Positions 28,531 to 33,884 of a stretch of DNA of 33,884 bases are shown here, in pieces. How positions within the stretch are numbered: the stretch's first letter is position 1; each line of letters opens with the position of its first letter. The DNA lies in IMG/VR virus record IMGVR_UViG_3300017780_004277, positions 1 to 33,884 of that record, one strand, 5' to 3'. The notes beneath the pieces were generated by a model. That model was not told the origin of the DNA. It saw only the letters and a list, made by a program, of their open reading frames with translations, and did not search any database. The translations under genes were made by a program, and so were the position numbers. Origin of the DNA: a virus (taxonomy: Duplodnaviria; Caudoviricetes).

Positions 28531-28562
28531 GTTGCTAATTTAGCTAAAAGGTAGTATGTTTG
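28531..28562 (+). promoter_or_regulatory. Bacteroidota-type sigma-A promoter (TTG-N20-TAnnTTTG)
   Basis: TTG at 28532-28534, a 20-nt spacer, then TATGTTTG at 28555-28562, matching the -33/-7 consensus. It fills the 28528-28569 gap. Confidence 0.65.
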
Positions 28563-28569
28563 CCTACAT

Positions 28570-28914
28570 ATGAAAATAGCAATCGTAGGTAGTAGAACCT
28601 TTGACAACTACACATTAGTAGAGCATACATTAAGTACATATAAGCAGCAAATTGAAGTCGTAGTGAGTGGTGGAGCAAGGGGTGCTGATAAACTTGGTGA
28701 ACAATGGGCTACTGAAAACGGCATTAAAACTCTGATATTCAAGCCAGATTGGACTAAATATGGAAAACGTGCCGGTATTCTTAGAAATAATGATATAATT
28801 CAAAACGCAGATTACGTTATTGCTTTTTGGGACGGCCAGTCAAAGGGAACAGCTCACTCAATTTCTCTGTGTAAGACACATAATAAACCTTGCAAGATTG
28901 TAATGTACAAGTAG
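28570..28914 (+). CDS. SLOG-superfamily protein (YspA/DUF2493-like)
   Basis: KIAIVGSR.F..Y, VVSGGARGAD.LGE.WA, PDW.KYGKRAG..RN and VIAFWDG.SKGT. Confidence 0.88.
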   Translation: MKIAIVGSRTFDNYTLVEHTLSTYKQQIEVVVSGGARGADKLGEQWATENGIKTLIFKPDWTKYGKRAGILRNNDIIQNADYVIAFWDGQSKGTAHSISLCKTHNKPCKIVMYK

Positions 28915-28933
28915 TTAAACAGGTACATAGTGC

Positions 28934-28941
28934 TATTTATT
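28934..28941 (+). promoter_or_regulatory. TATTTAT(A/T) putative late-promoter motif
   Basis: TATTTATT in the gap between the stop at 28914 and the probable ATG at 28980. Confidence 0.55.
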
Positions 28942-28979
28942 TAGAGAATCCTTGCAAACTAAATAAGATAGCGATAAGA

Positions 28980-31739
28980 ATGCAGCATTTATGTAATTTA
29001 TTAGAATATGTAATAAAAGAATATCCGCATCTAGCGGAAGCTAAGGTCGATTCTTTTATGAAGGCCCTGGCGGATAAATATGAAGACCAGGTGCAGCACT
29101 CATCGGCACTTAAAAATAAAGTAGATAGGCCTGAAATAGAGTACGCAATAGAATTCTTCAAGAAATTTCAAAATAATATAGAGCCGGCAGAGGATAGAGA
29201 TATCACCAAGTGGACAATTCAAGAGCTTTTACAGTTTCTAAAGTCTAAACCGGGATATAAGCCGCCATCAGAGGATGATGAGGAAGATGAACAAGCACCC
29301 CCAATAGTATACCAAGACGACAATCTTACCATTTACGATGGATCAGATGAAGGTAGGTGTATTTTATACGGAAAAGGGGAGAAGTGGTGTATAACAGGAG
29401 GTAGCTTTGCTAATTACCGTTATGATGCAAACAAAAAGTATCCTACTTTTTACTTAGTAAGAGATAAGAGATTAGCAGATAGTAATCCAAAAAGCTTCTT
29501 TGTTATTATGATTGGTAACGATGATACCTACAAAGCATCGGATAGAACTAATAACGATTTAGGTAGTAGACGTGGACAATCGGAGTGGCAGAGATGGGAA
29601 AATTGGGCTTTTGTTGAAAAAGAATTTCCATCAGTAAAAGGATTACAATCGTATTTTAAATATAGACCAATTCCTAAAAAAGAGTTAGATAGTAGAGGAA
29701 TGTATACACTCGAGGACTGGTATTATAGCAAGGATCTTAACAAGAAGAATCAGCGTTTAATTGACGTATTAAGACAAGACAGTAATCCATTCAGGACACA
29801 AGATGGTGGTTCTATAACCTGGGAAAAGTTAATAAAAAACATACTATCTCGTCCAGAGATGAAAGCAATAACGGATTTATTTGTAAAATCTACCTATGAA
29901 AATCCCTTAATATTTTTACAAAGCTACGAGTACTTCACCCCAGCTCAGCAAAAGTCTATTATAGCAAACACAAATAACCCACAACACCCAGTAGGAATAA
30001 CTGCTGATAAACTAATTGATAAGTATGAGCGTGATCAAATCACATATCAAGCTGTGATAGATTTGTTAAAAGCAGATAAAGTAAAGCCAACTAATACAAC
30101 ACACCTATATATAACCGGAAGAGATAACGTTATATATTTAGACTTAGATAAGGATTTAATAGTAGTTAAGGTAGTAGATAGAGGTGGTATGGATACCAAA
30201 ACACTTAGTCCAAAAACAGAACACTATCTATTAGATGATCCAAATTTAGCAAGCATAAACTTACGAAAATTAGCTTCGACAGTGGAGGCGAAAGGTCTAA
30301 GTCCAAAAATAATACAAACAGCCATATCAGGTGAATCCGAAGATAAGCAAGCAGTTGAAGCAGATGGTATAACTTACGTAATACAGTATGATAAAGATAG
30401 TATAAGTATAATAAATACAAAAGGTAAACCAGTTGAAGGAGGCTTACCAGACCCAGTCGCTGATAAACTACAGAGCACAGTAAAGTCAGATCCAGCAAAG
30501 AGACAAAGCTTTTTAAAATCTATAATAGAGCAAAATGCACCAGCACTAACTCAAGCTCAGTATCAAAAAATACTAAATGGTCTATCGCAAGAAGAGAGGA
30601 CCTTTACTCAAGAAGACCGACAGTATTATATTGATGTACAACCATTAGGAGTAATAATATACAGAGGAGCTTTCAATCCAAATACGCCATCAATTAGTAC
30701 AGATAGTTATCAGTTTGATACTACGGGTTTTAAGAATAGGTATTCGGGTAACTTCCCCAACAACCAAATTCAAGATAGCTTAGATACTTTTGTACAGACA
30801 GTATTACCACCCTTAACTACTCAAGGGGTACGTAACCTTTTACAAAACAACTCCACGATATTTCGGAGAAGTCCAAGTATAGCAAGTAATGTTAGATTAA
30901 CACCGGACAACGAATACAAGATAATACCAAAACTAAATCAAGGTGCAATATATTTAGTAAACAAAGTAAATAAAGACGACTCCAGAAAGTTTAATATAAG
31001 TAGTGGCAATATAGTTAACATGAGATTATCTCAAGCAAATTACGATCAACTACTTGGTAGAGAAGCACAGCCAAGAGCACAAAGACCAGCAACGGGAACA
31101 GCAGCCACGGCAGAAGCATTACCAGCAAACTCTGCAGGAGGTAATGTAAACTTGCAACAGGTATTTACAGACAACGGCCTTAGTTGGACAAGTCTACCTA
31201 CTGGATTACAAAATAAATTAAGGCAAGGTGGTACGGTTAAAAATATACGTGCAGATAGAGGAACTGATACAAGAAATGGTCTACTAAGAGGTAGAGGACG
31301 GATAACATCAGCATATCAGTTAGCAGGAACAGCCAGTGCTTTATACATAGCAACTCTTAATTCAGGAACAGTTGTTGGAATTATAGCGTCACAACCAGGT
31401 AATATACACGGGGTTATTACAGCTACTCAATTTAGACAGTATAGATCGGCAAATGATTTGCCAACTATAATGCAAAACAATAATATAAGCGAAAATAATA
31501 ACATGACAAACAAAATAGAATTAATTAGAAAACTCGCAGAGCAAGTGCTTAGAGAAAATCAACCTGCATGGGCACCTGACCCAGGAGAAAAGGATAAAGA
31601 GGTAGTAGAGCCAGGAACACAAGAAGAAGAAGATGATGATCCATTTACACCTCCAACAGAGTCACCGGATACGAGACCAAAAGCAGATAAAGATGTTACA
31701 ATTAGTAAAATCGTAAGTAGATTTAAAAAAGAAAAATAA
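28980..31739 (+). CDS. Large hypothetical protein (about 919 aa), candidate internal virion protein
   Basis: ATG 28980 is preferred over TTG 28890. N-terminal LLEYVIKE..LAE, a CILYG.GEKWCI domain, and an acidic Pro-rich C-terminal module. Confidence 0.7.
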   Translation: MQHLCNLLEYVIKEYPHLAEAKVDSFMKALADKYEDQVQHSSALKNKVDRPEIEYAIEFFKKFQNNIEPAEDRDITKWTIQELLQFLKSKPGYKPPSEDDEEDEQAPPIVYQDDNLTIYDGSDEGRCILYGKGEKWCITGGSFANYRYDANKKYPTFYLVRDKRLADSNPKSFFVIMIGNDDTYKASDRTNNDLGSRRGQSEWQRWENWAFVEKEFPSVKGLQSYFKYRPIPKKELDSRGMYTLEDWYYSKDLNKKNQRLIDVLRQDSNPFRTQDGGSITWEKLIKNILSRPEMKAITDLFVKSTYENPLIFLQSYEYFTPAQQKSIIANTNNPQHPVGITADKLIDKYERDQITYQAVIDLLKADKVKPTNTTHLYITGRDNVIYLDLDKDLIVVKVVDRGGMDTKTLSPKTEHYLLDDPNLASINLRKLASTVEAKGLSPKIIQTAISGESEDKQAVEADGITYVIQYDKDSISIINTKGKPVEGGLPDPVADKLQSTVKSDPAKRQSFLKSIIEQNAPALTQAQYQKILNGLSQEERTFTQEDRQYYIDVQPLGVIIYRGAFNPNTPSISTDSYQFDTTGFKNRYSGNFPNNQIQDSLDTFVQTVLPPLTTQGVRNLLQNNSTIFRRSPSIASNVRLTPDNEYKIIPKLNQGAIYLVNKVNKDDSRKFNISSGNIVNMRLSQANYDQLLGREAQPRAQRPATGTAATAEALPANSAGGNVNLQQVFTDNGLSWTSLPTGLQNKLRQGGTVKNIRADRGTDTRNGLLRGRGRITSAYQLAGTASALYIATLNSGTVVGIIASQPGNIHGVITATQFRQYRSANDLPTIMQNNNISENNNMTNKIELIRKLAEQVLRENQPAWAPDPGEKDKEVVEPGTQEEEDDDPFTPPTESPDTRPKADKDVTISKIVSRFKKEK

Positions 31740-32839
31740 TGCCTAAACACAGCAATATGTTATCACCAACCCTGATGAAGGGTTTAAAGGGTCAATCTAA
31801 AGTTGCACTCGGTAAAAAAAGTGGTATACAAACAAGTATTAAGTCAGAAGAGATACTTAACATATTATCTAGCATGGAGGCTCCCTATAAAGATGAACTA
31901 GAGCCACTAGCAATAGAATTAGTAAAAGAAATGTTCCCAGTAATTGATTTCTCTGGATATCAATTAGAAGCAAAGCTAACAACAATATCAGACGTAAATG
32001 CTAGCTTAGACGAAGAAACTAAACCTGAAGATCAAGCTTTTACAGATGAGCAGAGACGTCGAATGATTAATACAAGTACACAAGGAGCGGCTATTAAAGG
32101 TACAGAAGACTTTCAATTTAAAGATTTATACATTGATTATATAAACTCAATAGATCCTAAATTACTAGAACAGTACGCTGAGCTTACTAGAAATTTATTT
32201 GGAGTATACCACGACGAAAGTACGGTAGCAATGATGTTACAAATGGTGCAGATGGGCAATAAGCAGGGAGGTGGTAGTAGTAGGGTCACAGTAACAAATG
32301 GTATATCAGAAGCAACTAAAAAACCAGTTGTACATATAAAAGCATTAGGTGTATGCTTTCCAATTTTAATACACGAGATAACAAAAGGTGTATACGAAGC
32401 ATTATCATTACACGGATTTACAAAGAGTAAAGAGGAAAATCAATCGGTAGCAGACGCAGTCGATACATTGGAAAATGAAGTAGATGACATCAGATTTGGT
32501 AAGTTTATACACAACGCTATAATAAATCCGTACGAACAATCACAATATAAAAACGATGCTCGTGTTAGGGACTTCTTAGTAATCAATATTTATAAGCTGA
32601 AAGATGATTTTGCAGACTACGTAAGAACAGCTTTAGCAGCTAATATAGTTGATGCCTATACTAACGGATCTAAAGAAGAAAAAAAAGAATTACAAGATTC
32701 ATACAATGAGCTAATGGATCCGACTGTAAAAACAAAATGGCAAACTGATTGGAAAAAGTGGATAGGTTGGGCAAATGGAATAATGGCACAAGGAGATCGT
32801 TATTTTAAGAAAAAAGATACTGGATTAAAAGGACTATAA
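31739..32839 (+). CDS. Hypothetical helical protein
   Basis: 366 aa, coupled through a TAATG overlap. Contains FPILIHEITKG, which is not a complete HExxH. Confidence 0.65.
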   Translation: MPKHSNMLSPTLMKGLKGQSKVALGKKSGIQTSIKSEEILNILSSMEAPYKDELEPLAIELVKEMFPVIDFSGYQLEAKLTTISDVNASLDEETKPEDQAFTDEQRRRMINTSTQGAAIKGTEDFQFKDLYIDYINSIDPKLLEQYAELTRNLFGVYHDESTVAMMLQMVQMGNKQGGGSSRVTVTNGISEATKKPVVHIKALGVCFPILIHEITKGVYEALSLHGFTKSKEENQSVADAVDTLENEVDDIRFGKFIHNAIINPYEQSQYKNDARVRDFLVINIYKLKDDFADYVRTALAANIVDAYTNGSKEEKKELQDSYNELMDPTVKTKWQTDWKKWIGWANGIMAQGDRYFKKKDTGLKGL

Positions 32840-32859
32840 TAATTAAAAAAGTAAAAATA

Positions 32860-33189
32860 ATGTTTAAATTAAAAGACTTAGTACAGATTCCTATAAATGA
32901 ATGTGGTGATTGCGAGAGAAATGGAATAGACTACACACATGGGCACGACCATGAAGCCACAATGGCTGACGCTGAATTGAGAGACTTAATCTCAAATGCA
33001 TCTAAGCTGCAAAATATAATTCAACCAGACGACCAATTACCGGGTTGGATATCAGCGTACATCACACTAGCATCTGACTATATACACTCAGTGACAGAGT
33101 ATATGATAGAGCAGGGAGCCCAAATGCAACAACAACAACAAAAAGAGCCTACACCAGGTTTTGCAGTATATGAGAATAATAAAAAATAA
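32860..33189 (+). CDS. Hypothetical protein with a leader variant, MFKLKDLVQIPINE
   Basis: 109 aa: CGDC, then the helical module DHEATMA..EL...LPGWISAYITLASDYI. Confidence 0.65.
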   Translation: MFKLKDLVQIPINECGDCERNGIDYTHGHDHEATMADAELRDLISNASKLQNIIQPDDQLPGWISAYITLASDYIHSVTEYMIEQGAQMQQQQQKEPTPGFAVYENNKK

Positions 33190-33192
33190 ATA

Positions 33193-33675
33193 ATGGATAG
33201 TAAAGCAATTATTAGAAAATTAATTTTAAAAGAAGCCGAAAGGATGGAGCCAAACGTACAGACGTTCGAAGATGATCCTATGGGGTTTATTCTTAAAAAA
33301 TATCCAACAATGGCAGAGACGTTGCAAATGCTAATGTCAAGTGCTTATAAGGATTATATTACAGGAATATACATCGTAGCACCAAAACCAACAACTTTTA
33401 GAATAGTATTACACAACGATCAGGACATCTTCCTAACGTATTTAGGTAAAGCATACGAAGCTAATGTATCAGGCAAGAAGTTTTACCTACAGACAATAGG
33501 TGAGAAAGAGAGATGTATGGAAGCAATATCCCGACTACTTATTATAGGAAATCCTATCAAAGTTAAAGGACCTGAGGAGGGCGAGCAAGCAGCAACTGAA
33601 TCTGGTGAACCAGAAGAAGCATTAGCAGCAGCACCACCACCAGAAGAAACTGAAGCTGAAACAACAGAATCATAA
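33193..33675 (+). CDS. Hypothetical protein with an acidic C-terminal tail
   Basis: 160 aa with an N-terminal IIRKLILKEAE. Confidence 0.65.
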   Translation: MDSKAIIRKLILKEAERMEPNVQTFEDDPMGFILKKYPTMAETLQMLMSSAYKDYITGIYIVAPKPTTFRIVLHNDQDIFLTYLGKAYEANVSGKKFYLQTIGEKERCMEAISRLLIIGNPIKVKGPEEGEQAATESGEPEEALAAAPPPEETEAETTES

Positions 33676-33738
33676 AAAATACAATAAGAAGAAACTATAA
33701 AAGAAACAAAACCACCCCTGGGATAGAATCCCTTGGTC

Positions 33739-33770
33739 AACCCAACCCCGTAAGGTTGGGTTTCCTTTTT
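33739..33770 (+). terminator. Intrinsic terminator
   Basis: 9-bp stem AACCCAACC/GGTTGGGTT with loop CCGTAA, followed by TCCTTTTT. It lies after the last gene of the cluster. Confidence 0.8.
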
Positions 33771-33799
33771 CTATATATAGCTAATGCTATAGACACTAC

Positions 33800-33807
33800 T
33801 ATTTATT
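33800..33807 (+). promoter_or_regulatory. TATTTAT(A/T) putative late-promoter motif
   Basis: TATTTATT immediately downstream of the terminator and upstream of the next ORF. Confidence 0.6.
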
Positions 33808-33823
33808 AATAAAGAATAAGGAT

Positions 33824-33884
33824 TTGAGCACTCCAAATGCCGGAAATATACAAGATGCTATAAAGCAGGAACTTATTAAATGTA
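33824..33884 (+). CDS. Probable terminase large subunit, N-terminus only (partial)
   Basis: The TTG-initiated frame reads (M)STPNAGNIQDAIKQELIKC. 'IKQE.IKC' resembles the 'E..KC..DP.YF' start of T4 gp17-like terminases, but only 20 codons are visible. Confidence 0.45.
   Translation, partial: MSTPNAGNIQDAIKQELIKC

Noticed and set aside
32360-32395. IHEITKG as a metalloprotease site in 31739-32839
   Set aside because: It is HExxK, not HExxH; the second His ligand is missing.
515-33740. All minus-strand ORFs in the ORF track (60-138 aa)
   Set aside because: Each lies antisense to a longer, well-supported + strand gene and reads as a shadow frame (for example GVGVGV opposite PTPTPT). None has a recognisable motif.
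1-33884. Genome-wide stop codon reassignment (TGA or TAG)
   Set aside because: Coding density is already near complete under the standard code. TAG ends several genes cleanly, TGG is used freely for Trp, and only one internal TGA needs explaining.
1-33884. tRNA, rRNA, introns or inteins
   Set aside because: Intergenic gaps are too short or lack cloverleaf features, and no splice, intein or homing-endonuclease motifs were recognised by eye.

Overview
This 33.9 kb window is a fragment of a large, AT-rich tailed phage with a contractile tail (myovirus-like). All credible genes lie on the + strand and are tightly packed. The host is probably Bacteroidota, because starts lack Shine-Dalgarno sites and one promoter matches the TTG-N20-TAnnTTTG pattern. 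Gene order is: baseplate/tail module (1-19862); a small DNA-metabolism block of T7-type endonuclease I, primase and YqaJ/lambda-type exonuclease (19873-21897); a long cluster of mostly uncharacterised proteins (21912-33675); an intrinsic terminator; and the probable start of a terminase large subunit. Five observations stand out. (1) Six unrelated ORFs share a protein-level N-terminal tag, MIKL(T/V)D(I/L)LxE. It resembles a T4-style capsid-targeting, prohead-protease-cleaved leader, and several cluster proteins look like LxE-delimited polyproteins. (2) A cassette encoding a LamG-like domain, a Pro/Thr-repeat protein and a GT60-like polypeptide GlcNAc-transferase appears to have split a tail gene, suggesting phage-encoded mucin-type O-glycosylation of a virion appendage. 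(3) A single in-frame TGA interrupts an otherwise 1638-codon baseplate gene. (4) Two promoter-like motif classes are visible. (5) One tagged protein has ADP-ribosyltransferase-like motifs. All family assignments come from motif recognition by eye; no searches were run.
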